In this document: piece by piece, positions 10,794-19,203 of the stretch
Position numbering within the stretch: position 1 is the first letter of the stretch
How the letters are laid out: each line of letters begins with the position of its first letter
DNA from: Enhygromyxa sp.
Lineage (GTDB): Bacteria > Myxococcota_A > Polyangia > Nannocystales > Nannocystaceae
Assembly: GCA_046484755.1 (NCBI GenBank)
Contig: JAWOII010000104.1
Location: 64,001-95,321 of the forward strand
Reading direction: 5' to 3'
DNA length: 31,321 bases
Notes under the pieces: model-generated
Database searches by the model: none
What the model was told of the DNA's origin: nothing
Seen by the model: the letters and a program-made list of their open reading frames with translations, nothing else
Translations under genes and position numbers: made by a program

Positions 10794-11333
10794 ATGCTAT
10801 GCACCCTCCACGTGGCCGCCGCGCGAACAGCGAGCCGATCAGCGGCTCGGACCGGAGGCCGAAGGCCCAGCACAGTCGCGCTCGGCTTGCTCCTCAGCCT
10901 CGCGCTCGGGTGTCCCGCCAACCTCGCGACCACCAGCTCGTCACCGCAGTCGAGCTACCCGCCCCCCTCGGTCTACGACTTCGACCCCGAATTCGCCGGC
11001 GAGTGGCTCGGCGACGTCGACGGGCTCGGGGGCACCCTCAAGATCGGGGTGCTCGACGATCGGACCTTCTTCGGATCCTTCGTCACGGACGACGACGGGA
11101 CCGAGTACACGCTGCTGCTCGACCACACCTACGTCGAGACCGAAGAGGGCGGCGAGGCGCCGAGCAACCGCACGACCTTCACCTGGCAAGACGGGCTCGG
11201 CAGCCGCGGCAAGGGCTGGCTGCTGATCAACCGCGAGGACACGGCCTTGACCGGGTCCTTCGGCTACGGGCTGGCGACCACCGGGCTCGGGCAGTGGAGC
11301 TTCGAGCGGGTCGACTCGATGCTGAGCGAGTGA
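10794..11333 (+). CDS. Lipoprotein (…RRPSTVALGLLLSLALGC lipobox) with a ~150-aa domain of unknown function.
   Basis: ATG 10794 within track ORF 10596..11333. The upstream residues are Arg/Ala noise. Signal peptide with Cys lipobox. Confidence 0.6.
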   Translation: MLCTLHVAAARTASRSAARTGGRRPSTVALGLLLSLALGCPANLATTSSSPQSSYPPPSVYDFDPEFAGEWLGDVDGLGGTLKIGVLDDRTFFGSFVTDDDGTEYTLLLDHTYVETEEGGEAPSNRTTFTWQDGLGSRGKGWLLINREDTALTGSFGYGLATTGLGQWSFERVDSMLSE

Positions 11334-11356
11334 CGTCGAGCGCCGCTCATCGTCGC

Positions 11357-12574
11357 TCATCGTCGCGGACGCCGACGCAGGCCCAGCCCGAGCAGCCCGA
11401 GCAGCCCGAGCCCCGTGAGCGCTGAGCCGCCCGGCGCGCTCGAGCAGCTGCAGCCGACGTCGGCCTCCTCGCCGCCGATCGGCACGAAGCCGCCGCCGCC
11501 GGCCGTGGTCTCGGGCTCGTCGCCGTCGTCGGTGCCCGGCTCCCCGTCGCCCGGATCGCCGTCGCCCGGATCGCCGTCGCCGTCGCCCGGCTCCCCGTCG
11601 CCGTCCCCGGTGGCGTCGCACATGTCGACGCAGATCGGCACCTGCGTGGTCGTCTGCCCGCCGTCGAAGTCGTAGGCGGTGATCTCCAGCACCTGCGAGC
11701 CCGCAGGTAGCTCCACGTTGTTCCAGCGAAACGGCCAGTCCTCATCGACGACCGGCGGCGCGTCGAGGCCGACGACCGAGAGCTCGGCCGAGACCCCGCC
11801 GAAGTCGTCGATGATCTCGACGACCACGTCGAAGGGCCCGGACACCAGGGCGTCGACGGCCGGCTCGAGGACCACGAGCTCCGGGGGGCCGTCGTCGACC
11901 CGGGCGCCGTGGCGCGCGACCATCTCGGCGGTCCCGTTTTGCTGCCCGGCCGGGCACAGCTGATGGTTGCAGTTGGAGGTCCCGCTGACCGGCACGCAGC
12001 TGTCGCCGTACTTCAACCCGAAGTTCGAGTAGCTGCCCATGACCTGGCCCGAGACGCTCACGTTCTCCATCCCCCAGCTGTAGCCGAGCGCCCCGAGCAC
12101 CGAGAAGGCCACCCGGTGGGGGTCGAACCACTTGCTCTCGTCGAGGCAGCCCCAGAATAAAAAGCCGATCGACACCCCGTTGCCGTCATCGCAGTCGGCG
12201 ATCCCGACCTGCGGCGAGCAGGCCCCGCCGAAGGCCGAGGCGTGATCGCCCGCGTCGCCGAACACGATCATGTCGTAGGGCCCGACCGCCGGCCGCTCGA
12301 GGGTGAAGACCACGTCCCAGTAGACCGTGGTCTGCTTGAGCAGGTGGAGCAGCTCCTGCCGCTGCTCCTCGGTCGCGCCGTTCCAGCCGGCGAAGCTAGT
12401 CGGCGTGTAGCCGTTGACGCTGATCGTGTCGGCCGCCGGATCATTTTGATCGCCGGCGAGCACCGTGACCGGACCGGTGTTGATGTAGACCACGCGCTTG
12501 GCCTCGGCCCGGGCGGGCACGAGCGCGCAACAAAGGCCCGCGAGGGGGATGAGCAGGCGTCGCTTCGAAGTCAT
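11357..12574 (-). CDS. Secreted protein with N-terminal signal peptide, central domain, (GDGDGEPGDGDGDPGDGDP) acidic linker and C-terminal MYXO-CTERM-type sorting tail (GCSCSS…LTGLGLLGLLGLGLRRRPRR).
   Basis: 405-aa ORF. Signal MTSKRRLLIPLAGLCCALVPARAEA. The C-terminal Cys motif, hydrophobic helix and Arg cluster are the hallmark of the Myxococcales MYXO-CTERM signal. Confidence 0.75.
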   Translation of the reverse strand: MTSKRRLLIPLAGLCCALVPARAEAKRVVYINTGPVTVLAGDQNDPAADTISVNGYTPTSFAGWNGATEEQRQELLHLLKQTTVYWDVVFTLERPAVGPYDMIVFGDAGDHASAFGGACSPQVGIADCDDGNGVSIGFLFWGCLDESKWFDPHRVAFSVLGALGYSWGMENVSVSGQVMGSYSNFGLKYGDSCVPVSGTSNCNHQLCPAGQQNGTAEMVARHGARVDDGPPELVVLEPAVDALVSGPFDVVVEIIDDFGGVSAELSVVGLDAPPVVDEDWPFRWNNVELPAGSQVLEITAYDFDGGQTTTQVPICVDMCDATGDGDGEPGDGDGDPGDGDPGDGEPGTDDGDEPETTAGGGGFVPIGGEEADVGCSCSSAPGGSALTGLGLLGLLGLGLRRRPRR

Positions 12575-12714
12575 GCGGCGATGCTAGCTCGGCTCGGCGG
12601 CGCCGAAGGGTGTCCGTCGATCTTTCGCCCAGCGCCGATGTTCGGGCCTCAGCTCACGTTCGGTGGCCCCGCCGGGCTCCGGCGCCCGGACCACCAGCGT
12701 GCTACCGATCCGCC

Positions 12715-13734
12715 ATGTCGACCGCCCGCCAGTACATCCTCCGCGCGCGCCCCCAGGGCGCGCTCTCAGACGACGACCTCGAGCTGCGCGAGGTCGAGCT
12801 GCCCGAGCTCGGCGCCAACGAGGTCCGGGTTCGAACCACCCACATCTCGATCGATCCGACCATCCGCATCTGGATGAGCGACGTGCCCCAGTACCTCCCG
12901 CCGATCGAGCTCGGCGAGGTCGTGCGCGCGGCCGGGGCCGGGGTGGTCGAGGCCTCCAAGCACCCCGACTTCGCCGAGGGCGACGCGGTGTTCGGCTTTT
13001 GCGGCTGGCAGACCCGCTTTCAGGGTGACCCGCAGGCCCTCGCCCTGCACAAGCTCCCGCCCGGCACCGACCCGGCCATGGCGATGGCGACCACCGGCAT
13101 GACCTCGGGCATGACCGCCTACTTCGGCCTGCTCGACGTCGCCGATCCCCAGCCCGGCGAGACCGTGGTGGTCGACGCCGCCGCCGGAGCGGTCGGCAGC
13201 CTGGTCGGACAGATCGCCAAGATCAAGGGCTGTCGGGTGATCGGCATCGCCGGCGGCCCCGACAAGTGCAAGTACATCGTCGACGAGCTCGGCTTCGACG
13301 GGGCCATCGACTACCGCAACGAGGACGTCGGCGAGGCGCTCGATCGCCTGTGCCCCGAGGGCATCGACGTCTGCTTCGAGAACGTCGGCGGGCCGATCTT
13401 CGACGCGATCTTGCTGCGCATGAAGCTGTTTGGCCGGGTCTCGCTGTGCGGGCTGATCAGCAGCTACGACGCCGCCGGGACCGACAAGAAGGTCCCCGGG
13501 CCCTACGCCTTCGGGATGATCCTCATGCGCCGGCTCAAGGTCCAGGGCTTCATCATCCTCGACTACGTGAGCCGCTTCGAGCAGGCCGTCAGCGAGATGC
13601 TCGGGTGGCTCAACGAAGGCAAGCTCCGGTCGCGGGTCTACGAGATCGAGGGCTTCGAGTCGCTGCCCGGGGCCCTGCGCGAGCTCGTCGGCGGGCGGTC
13701 CGGCAACATCGGCAAGATGGTCGTGAAGCTCTGA
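12715..13734 (+). CDS. NADP-dependent oxidoreductase of the medium-chain dehydrogenase/reductase (MDR) family, YncB/CurA/PTGR-like.
   Basis: ATG 12715 (MSTARQYILRARPQG). Rossmann motif AAGAVGSLVGQIAKIKGCRVIGIAGGPDKCKY typical of this subfamily. The upstream 35 codons of the track ORF look like noise. Confidence 0.85.
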   Translation: MSTARQYILRARPQGALSDDDLELREVELPELGANEVRVRTTHISIDPTIRIWMSDVPQYLPPIELGEVVRAAGAGVVEASKHPDFAEGDAVFGFCGWQTRFQGDPQALALHKLPPGTDPAMAMATTGMTSGMTAYFGLLDVADPQPGETVVVDAAAGAVGSLVGQIAKIKGCRVIGIAGGPDKCKYIVDELGFDGAIDYRNEDVGEALDRLCPEGIDVCFENVGGPIFDAILLRMKLFGRVSLCGLISSYDAAGTDKKVPGPYAFGMILMRRLKVQGFIILDYVSRFEQAVSEMLGWLNEGKLRSRVYEIEGFESLPGALRELVGGRSGNIGKMVVKL

Positions 13735-13741
13735 CCGCCAG

Positions 13742-14239
13742 TCAGTTGTTCTGCTCGACCGCGTCCTCGAGCTCGCGGGTGGCCTTCTTGGCCTTGTCGC
13801 CCTTGGCCTTGGCCTCGCGCTCGACCTCGCTGGCCTTGTCGGGGTCGACCCGCTCGAGCAGCTTCCACTCGAGCGCCCAGTCGCGCTCGCGGACCAGCTT
13901 CTCGTTGCCCTCGGCGTCCTTTTGGGTGCGCTCGACCTCGATCTCGACCCGGTGCCCGCCGTCGCGCGGGTCGACTCGCAGCCAGCGCTTGTCGTTGGCC
14001 TCGCACGCCAGGGTCTCGCCGATGACCGGCTGCTCCGGAGCCTCGCAGCCGTGCGAGGTCCACAGATCGCGGACCTGCTTCCACAGCACCGCGATGTCCT
14101 CCTCGTAGACGTGCTGCTCGAGCGCCCGCTGGCGGTGGAGCTGCTGGGTGATCTCGCCGACGATCCACCCGCAGGCCGGCAGGGTGGGGGCGAGGGCGAG
14201 GGTGAGGGCGAAGGCCAAAGACCGAAGCCAACGAGGCAT
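13742..14239 (-). CDS. Lipoprotein (MPRWLRSLAFALTLALAPTLPAC), charged, with a Lys/Glu-rich C-terminus.
   Basis: ATG 14239 within track ORF 13742..14320. Lipobox LPAC. Convergent with the oxidoreductase gene (stops 7 bp apart). Confidence 0.6.
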   Translation of the reverse strand: MPRWLRSLAFALTLALAPTLPACGWIVGEITQQLHRQRALEQHVYEEDIAVLWKQVRDLWTSHGCEAPEQPVIGETLACEANDKRWLRVDPRDGGHRVEIEVERTQKDAEGNEKLVRERDWALEWKLLERVDPDKASEVEREAKAKGDKAKKATRELEDAVEQNN

Positions 14240-14307
14240 GCCGGCAGAGTATGAGCCCGGCATCCGAGGTGCAATGTGACTGGCACAGCCGGTACAGTGG
14301 ACGGCGC

Positions 14308-15279
14308 ATGAGCGCTCCAATTCTGCTCACTGGGGCGACCGGCAACACCGGTCGAGTGGTCGCCGAAGGTCTGCGAGAGCGCGGGCACGCCTTCGTGGGC
14401 CTGGTCCGCAGCGAGGCTCGCCGTCGTCAGCTCGAGGCCGCCGACGTCGACACGGTCATGGGCGACTTCGACGATCCGCGCGGGCTGGTGAGCGCCCTGC
14501 GGGGCTTCGAGACCGCCTACCTGGTCTGCACCCCCGACGAGCTGCTGATCCCCCGCGAGGTCGCCTTCATCCGCGCGGCCAGGGAGGCCGGCGTGCGGCG
14601 GATCGTCAAGTGCTCGGCCTTCGCCGCCGACCTGCTCGCGCCGACCCAAAACCTCCGGGCCCACGCCGCGATCGAGGCCGAGCTCATCCACTCGGGCCTC
14701 GAGTACACCATCATTCGCCCGCACGGCTTCATGCAGAGCTTCACGCTGTTCAACTGGCCGATGATCGAGAAGGTCGGCGTGATCTCGCTGCCGGCCGGCG
14801 ACGGCCGCATGCCGCTGATCGACGTCCGCGACGTCGCCGAGGTCGTGGTCCGGGCCCTGACCGAGCCCGAGCACGTCGGCAAGATCTACGACCTGACCGG
14901 GCCCGAGGCCATCGACATGTACGAGCAGGCCGCGACCTTCGCCCGTCACCTCGGCCGCCCGATCCGCTACATCCCCGGCCAGGACTGGCAGCTGCTGATG
15001 CTCATGAAGCTGCTCGGGGTCCCGCCGACCCCGACCGAGCACGTTATCAAGGTGTTTCGGATGCAGCGCGAGCACGCCTTTCATCCGACCACGACCCTGG
15101 CCGAGCTCGGGATCACGCCGATCACCTTCGATCAGTTCGTCGTCGATTACCTCGCCGGCCGAACCGGCGGCGGCAACTCCTTCGAGCCGCCGGCCGGAGC
15201 CGTGGGCAAGGCCATCGACCTGCTCACGACCGCGGCGATGAAGCTCGACCTGCGCCGACGCGGGGGCTCGGGACGCTAG
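14308..15279 (+). CDS. NmrA-family NAD(P)-binding atypical SDR protein
   Basis: ATG 14308 (MSAPILLTGATGNTGRVVAEGL, a GxxGxxG Rossmann motif). NmrA-like length and pattern. Stop TAG sits inside the palindrome GCTAGC, which it shares with the convergent minus-strand gene. Confidence 0.8.
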   Translation: MSAPILLTGATGNTGRVVAEGLRERGHAFVGLVRSEARRRQLEAADVDTVMGDFDDPRGLVSALRGFETAYLVCTPDELLIPREVAFIRAAREAGVRRIVKCSAFAADLLAPTQNLRAHAAIEAELIHSGLEYTIIRPHGFMQSFTLFNWPMIEKVGVISLPAGDGRMPLIDVRDVAEVVVRALTEPEHVGKIYDLTGPEAIDMYEQAATFARHLGRPIRYIPGQDWQLLMLMKLLGVPPTPTEHVIKVFRMQREHAFHPTTTLAELGITPITFDQFVVDYLAGRTGGGNSFEPPAGAVGKAIDLLTTAAMKLDLRRRGGSGR

Positions 15280-15535
15280 CTGCCCTGCTCGGCGCGGATC
15301 CGGGCGAGCTCGAGCAGGATCTGGACCACCAGGCGCTCGAGAGCGTTAAAGAGGCGTGCGGCGGTGGTCGGCGTGCGGCGGTAGTCGGCGTGCGGCGGTG
15401 GACGCTGTCGATGTCCTGCGTCGTGATCGGGGCGCCGTGGACGAGCGCTGCAGCGCCTCCGATCAGAATGAACTCGACGCCCGCCTCGGCGAGCTGTGTG
15501 AGCAGCTGATCGAGCTCAACCTGTTCGTCGGGCAT
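15276..15535 (-). pseudogene. Minimal nucleotidyltransferase (MNT/MntA-like antitoxin fold) gene interrupted by a 17-bp x3 tandem repeat that shifts the frame. The N-terminus is MPDEQVELDQLLTQLAEAGVEFILIGGAAALVHGAPITTQDIDSV and the C-terminus (other frame) is RLFNALERLVVQILLELARIRAEQGS*.
   Basis: hGG…G…T.DID nucleotidyltransferase motif. After 15404 the protein-like continuation is in a frame that needs a 17-nt deletion (one repeat unit) to join. The real C-terminal frame ends at TAG 15278..15276. Confidence 0.5.
15354..15404. repeat. 17-bp tandem repeat x3 (gcgtgcggcggtggtcg / …gtagtcg / …gtggacg).
   Basis: Direct reading of the sequence. 51 bp in total, and loss of one unit changes the frame by +1. 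Confidence 0.85.
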
Positions 15536-15654
15536 CGCGAAGCCTGCTCAGCGCTCGACCGGCCCGCAATCCGCGACGCAGGCGCTCGCGTACCGGGAGT
15601 TGCAAGTAGGCACGCTGGGATCCAGAAGCTGAGTGATTTGGAGCTAGTACGAGC

Positions 15655-16131
15655 TCAGGCCACCAACAGCTTGGCGGTGGCCGTGGGATCGATCTGCCCG
15701 CGAATGTCGACCTGCGCGTGGACGGTGATCGTGCACGCGTGGGTGGTTCGGTCGCAGTGCTCGGGCACCGGGAGCTGCACGCTCAGCTCGCGCTCGTGGC
15801 CGGGGTCGATGTCCTCCTCGACCTCGACCCGGGTCTGGCCGAGCAGCTCGCGGCTCCACGCCGGCATCAGGTGGCCGCGATCCTCGAGCTCGCGGGCCTG
15901 GTCTTCGGTCAACGCCATGCCTTGCCCGTCGCTCCAGTGGCGGTGGCGGATGATCACCCGCAAGACCACGCCCTCGACTCGCGCGGTCTTGGTCCCGCCG
16001 GTCAGGCGGATCTTGGCCTCGGCGGTCTCGCCGGGGGCGACCCGGGCGCTCCAGCCCTCGTCGTCGGTGAGGAACTGAACTCGGGCGCCCTCGCTACCCA
16101 GGGTTTCGCGCATCTTGTCGGAGAAGCCCAT
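15655..16131 (-). CDS. Spo0M-like (sporulation-control protein family) protein, 158 aa.
   Basis: ATG 16131 (MGFSDKMRETLGSEGARVQF…) matches the MGFFxKLKxxLG start of Spo0M. The upstream part of track ORF 15655..16731 is out-of-character noise. Confidence 0.6.
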   Translation of the reverse strand: MGFSDKMRETLGSEGARVQFLTDDEGWSARVAPGETAEAKIRLTGGTKTARVEGVVLRVIIRHRHWSDGQGMALTEDQARELEDRGHLMPAWSRELLGQTRVEVEEDIDPGHERELSVQLPVPEHCDRTTHACTITVHAQVDIRGQIDPTATAKLLVA

Positions 16132-16212
16132 CGCGGCCGACTGTAACAGCTTCCCCCCCGAGCGGGCGGAGCAACTTGCACGGCCCCAGGAGGGCTGCTT
16201 CGATGGCCCTCG

Positions 16213-16779
16213 GTGGCCCGGCGGCTGAGCAACTCGATAGCGATCGACGACGCGCCCTTTGACCGGGCCCACCGCGGCGACGTGGCGATCGTCGGCGTCG
16301 TGTTCACCCGCACCCGGCTCGACGGGGTCATGACCGGCAAGCTCCGCAAGGACGGCGCCAACGCGACCTCGGCGATCGCCGAGCTGGTCGAAGGCTCGCC
16401 CTTCGCCGCCCACGCCCAGGTGCTGCTGCTCGGCGGCATCACCTTCGGGGGCTTCAACGTGGTCGACATCCACGCCCTGCGCGAGCGGCTCGAGCTCCCG
16501 GTCCTGGTCCTCGCCCGCAAAAAGCCCCGCTACGCGATCATCGAGGAGACCCTGCGCGAGAAGGTCCCGGGCGGGGCTCGCAAGTGGGCGCTGATCGAGA
16601 AGGCCGGGCCGATGGAGGCCTGCGCGGGGCTTTGGGTGCAGCGAGCCGGGCTCGAGCTCGACGCGGCCGCGCAGGTGATCGGCGACCTCACGATCCACGG
16701 CAAGCTGCCCGAGCCGGTCCGCATCGCTCACCTGGTCGCGGGCGGCTACGGCTGCGGGATCAGCCGCGGGCGAGCTTGA
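16213..16779 (+). CDS. DUF99/UPF0215-family protein (archaeal-type RNase-H-like-fold protein of unknown function).
   Basis: GTG 16213. Motifs IAIDDAPF, VAIVGVVF, DGANATSAIAEL, LLLGGITFGGFNVVDI and LPVLVLARKKP match the DUF99 pattern as I recall it. Confidence 0.6.
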   Translation: MARRLSNSIAIDDAPFDRAHRGDVAIVGVVFTRTRLDGVMTGKLRKDGANATSAIAELVEGSPFAAHAQVLLLGGITFGGFNVVDIHALRERLELPVLVLARKKPRYAIIEETLREKVPGGARKWALIEKAGPMEACAGLWVQRAGLELDAAAQVIGDLTIHGKLPEPVRIAHLVAGGYGCGISRGRA

Positions 16780-16801
16780 GGGTGTGTAGCGAACGACCGG
16801 G

Positions 16802-17812
16802 CTACTGCTGGACGCAGTACAGCCGCCGCGGCCACTGACACTGGGACATGGAGTTGTTGCTGATGAAGTTGCTCTCGTGGGTGGAGATGCCCGACCTGCC
16901 CGTCGCCGCGTCGGTCCCGATCGACCAGTTGTTGCAGTTCGAGTCGGACCGCCAGCTCGGGATCATGCCCGTCCAGACCCCGTTGCCGCTGTCGGGGCCG
17001 ATCGCGTGCTGGAGCGGCATGGCCTGGCCCATGGCGACGCCGAGCAGCGCCTCGTGGCCGGTGATCGCCAGCAGCTGGCCCTGGTCGTTGATGTAGTGGG
17101 TGAAGGGCTGGAGCACCCAGTCGACCTGGCCATCGCCGGCGAAGTCGGTGAGGGTCGCAACCCGGTTCACGCCGTCGGAGATCATCGCCCGGTAGCCGCC
17201 GGGGCACTTGCTGTCGGCGCCCGCGATGCCGCCGAGGTCGCCGCTGAAGGTCTCGAGGGTGATCAGGATCTCGCGCTGCTCGACGTAGCCGGAGCACTCC
17301 GGGTTGCAGTCGCCGAGGTTGATGCCGTTGTTGGGCCCTTCGTCGCAGACCTCACCCTCGCCGATCTGGCCGTCGCCGCACACGTTCGGCGGATCGCCGT
17401 CGCCGTCTCCGGTGTCGCCGTCGCCGTCACCAGAGTCGCCGTCACCGTCACCGGAGTCACCATCGCCATCGCCATCGCCATCGCCGTCGCCGGTATCGCC
17501 ATCGCCGTCACCGGAGTCGCCATCACCGTCACCGGAGTCGCCATCACCGTCACCGGTGCTCGGGTCGCCGTCGCCGTCGCCGGTCGCCGAGGTGTCGACG
17601 CACAGCCCCTGAACACACTCGTAGGTGCCGAAGCAAGTCAGGTTGGGCAGGCACTCACAGTCGACGCGGCCCGGCTCGCACGCGTCTCCGGTCTCGCTCG
17701 AGTCGTCGTTGCCGACTGGATCCGGATCCTCGAAGCAACCAACCAGGGCCCCGGCCGCGAACAGGCCCAGGGACGAGAGGAGCAAGGTCAGAGGACGAAG
17801 CTGCATGGGCAT
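16802..17812 (-). CDS. Lipoprotein (MPMQLRPLTLLLSSLGLFAAGALVGC). It has an N-terminal Cys-rich module, a (GDGDGDSGDGDGDT)n acidic repeat, a Myxococcus-type Cys-rich repeat (CGDGQIGEGEVCDEGPNNGINLGDCNPEC) and a C-terminal ~200-aa domain, possibly DUF1554-like.
   Basis: ATG 17812/17806 inside track ORF 16802..18145. Lipobox LVGC. The CxDGxxxxGExCDxGxxN…C module is typical of myxobacterial secreted proteins. Confidence 0.75.
   Translation of the reverse strand: MPMQLRPLTLLLSSLGLFAAGALVGCFEDPDPVGNDDSSETGDACEPGRVDCECLPNLTCFGTYECVQGLCVDTSATGDGDGDPSTGDGDGDSGDGDGDSGDGDGDTGDGDGDGDGDGDSGDGDGDSGDGDGDTGDGDGDPPNVCGDGQIGEGEVCDEGPNNGINLGDCNPECSGYVEQREILITLETFSGDLGGIAGADSKCPGGYRAMISDGVNRVATLTDFAGDGQVDWVLQPFTHYINDQGQLLAITGHEALLGVAMGQAMPLQHAIGPDSGNGVWTGMIPSWRSDSNCNNWSIGTDAATGRSGISTHESNFISNNSMSQCQWPRRLYCVQQ
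17395..17592. repeat. 18-nt tandem coding repeats encoding GDGDGD(S/T) in the 16802-17812 lipoprotein.
   Basis: Visible periodicity (tcgccgtcaccggagtcgccatcaccgtcacc…). Confidence 0.85.
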
Positions 17813-18132
17813 GGGAGGATGGTTACCACAACGGGCGAACGCCGAGGACTCCCAGCGACCCCCGAGCGAGGCCTGGTCGACCGGGCAGGGAGCTCGAACC
17901 CTCACATCGAGCCCTCCCCACGTCCGGGCTCGTGAGCCGAGCGAGAGATCAATCTGGGGCCAAGACGGTCTCGCGCAGATCGAGGCCCGCACCCACGGCG
18001 AGCGGGCCCCCTGCGAGGCCCAGAGCCGGGCCTGGCTCGTCGCAGGGGGTCGCGGACGAGCCCGAAAAAAGATCGAGGGCTCGAGCAAATAGTCTGCAAT
18101 CGCCCGATCGGCGGGCCGACAAGGCTTAGGCC

Positions 18133-19203
18133 ATGTCGTGGTCACCTCCGCAATGTCCCGAGTGCTCCTCCTTCTCCACCCGTTTCGAGCGCGTGATGCC
18201 CTTCGGCCCGCCCGACCTGTACGGCCTCTACTGGGAGTGCGAAAGCTGTCGCTCCCGGGTGCTCGAGCTGTGCCCGACCGGGGTCGACGATCCGCGGCCT
18301 GGCGGCTGCCTCAATTGCGGGGCAGCGGTCGACGCCAGCGGCCGCTGTCCGGACTGCGGCGTCGAGCGTCCGCAGCTGCTCGAGCGCGTGCACGCCCACT
18401 GCGGCTCGCCGCCGCAGCTCGACGCCGTCGAGGCGCTGATCGACCAGGGCCTGTTTCGCCTGGCCTTCAACACGGTCGACCTGTGCCTCGAGCAGCGGCC
18501 GGATGATCCGCCGGTCCTCGCCCTCAAGGCCAAGCTGCTGCTCGAGGTCCAGCGTCCGGAGCGGGCCGTGCCCCTGCTGCGCCGGGCGCTCGATCGGGGG
18601 CTCGACGAGCCTAGCGCTCGGATCAACTTCGGCATCGCGTTGTCACGCAGCGGCCGCCAGCAAGAGGCGATTCGTGTCTACCAAGATCACCTCGCTTGCG
18701 AGACCGAGCCCTCGTGTCGGGCGATCCTGCTTAGCAACATCGGTGGCTGCCTCAGCGCCCTCGGTCACACCAAGCAGGCCGAGGCCTATCACCGCCGGGC
18801 GATCGAAGCCGACCCCGAGCACCTCGGCCCGCGCTGGAACCTGTTCGCCAACTTGTTTGGTAGCCAGCAGTACGAGGGCGCCCTCGAGGTCGTCGAGCAG
18901 ACCATGGCGCTGTCCTTCCTCGAGCCGGACGAGCGCGAGAACCTGCAAGCCTACCGCTCGGAGGTCCTGATCTCCTTGCGTCGCTACCAAGACGCGCTCG
19001 CGGCCATCGACGCCAGCTTGGCCAGCGATCCTTGCGAGCTCAACCGGCTCGGGACCCGGGCCCGGATCCTGATCCACCTCGACGCCGTCGAAGCGGCCCG
19101 GGCCTGCATCGCGCAGATCCTCAGCCTCGATCCCAAGCACAAGATCGCTCTGCACCTGCTCGAGCGGCTCGATCGCCGGGCCGGGCCCGGGGCGCGGAAT
19201 TGA
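18133..19203 (+). CDS. Protein with two N-terminal zinc-ribbon motifs (CPEC…CESC; CLNC…CPDC) followed by tetratricopeptide (TPR) repeats.
   Basis: 356-aa ORF. Four CxxC pairs in the first 80 aa. TPR-like 34-aa helical repeats (AEAYHRRAIEADPEH…). Stop TGA is inside the palindrome TGATCA, shared with the convergent gene. Confidence 0.7.
   Translation: MSWSPPQCPECSSFSTRFERVMPFGPPDLYGLYWECESCRSRVLELCPTGVDDPRPGGCLNCGAAVDASGRCPDCGVERPQLLERVHAHCGSPPQLDAVEALIDQGLFRLAFNTVDLCLEQRPDDPPVLALKAKLLLEVQRPERAVPLLRRALDRGLDEPSARINFGIALSRSGRQQEAIRVYQDHLACETEPSCRAILLSNIGGCLSALGHTKQAEAYHRRAIEADPEHLGPRWNLFANLFGSQQYEGALEVVEQTMALSFLEPDERENLQAYRSEVLISLRRYQDALAAIDASLASDPCELNRLGTRARILIHLDAVEAARACIAQILSLDPKHKIALHLLERLDRRAGPGARN

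Noticed and set aside
15275-15280. Convergent stop codons embedded in 6-bp palindromes (GCTAGC here; TGATCA at 19201-19206).
   Set aside because: This is an expected by-product of compact convergent genes in a GC-rich genome and has no evident function.
15536-16131. A HEPN/HepT toxin partner for the MNT-like gene was looked for in the adjacent ORFs.
   Set aside because: The neighbour is Spo0M-like, and no Rx4-6H HEPN motif is present in flanking small ORFs.
18052-18082. Hairpin cgagccc-N13-gggctcg in the 17813-18132 divergent region.
   Set aside because: It has a short stem and a long loop and no supporting context. It is possibly regulatory, but the evidence is insufficient.
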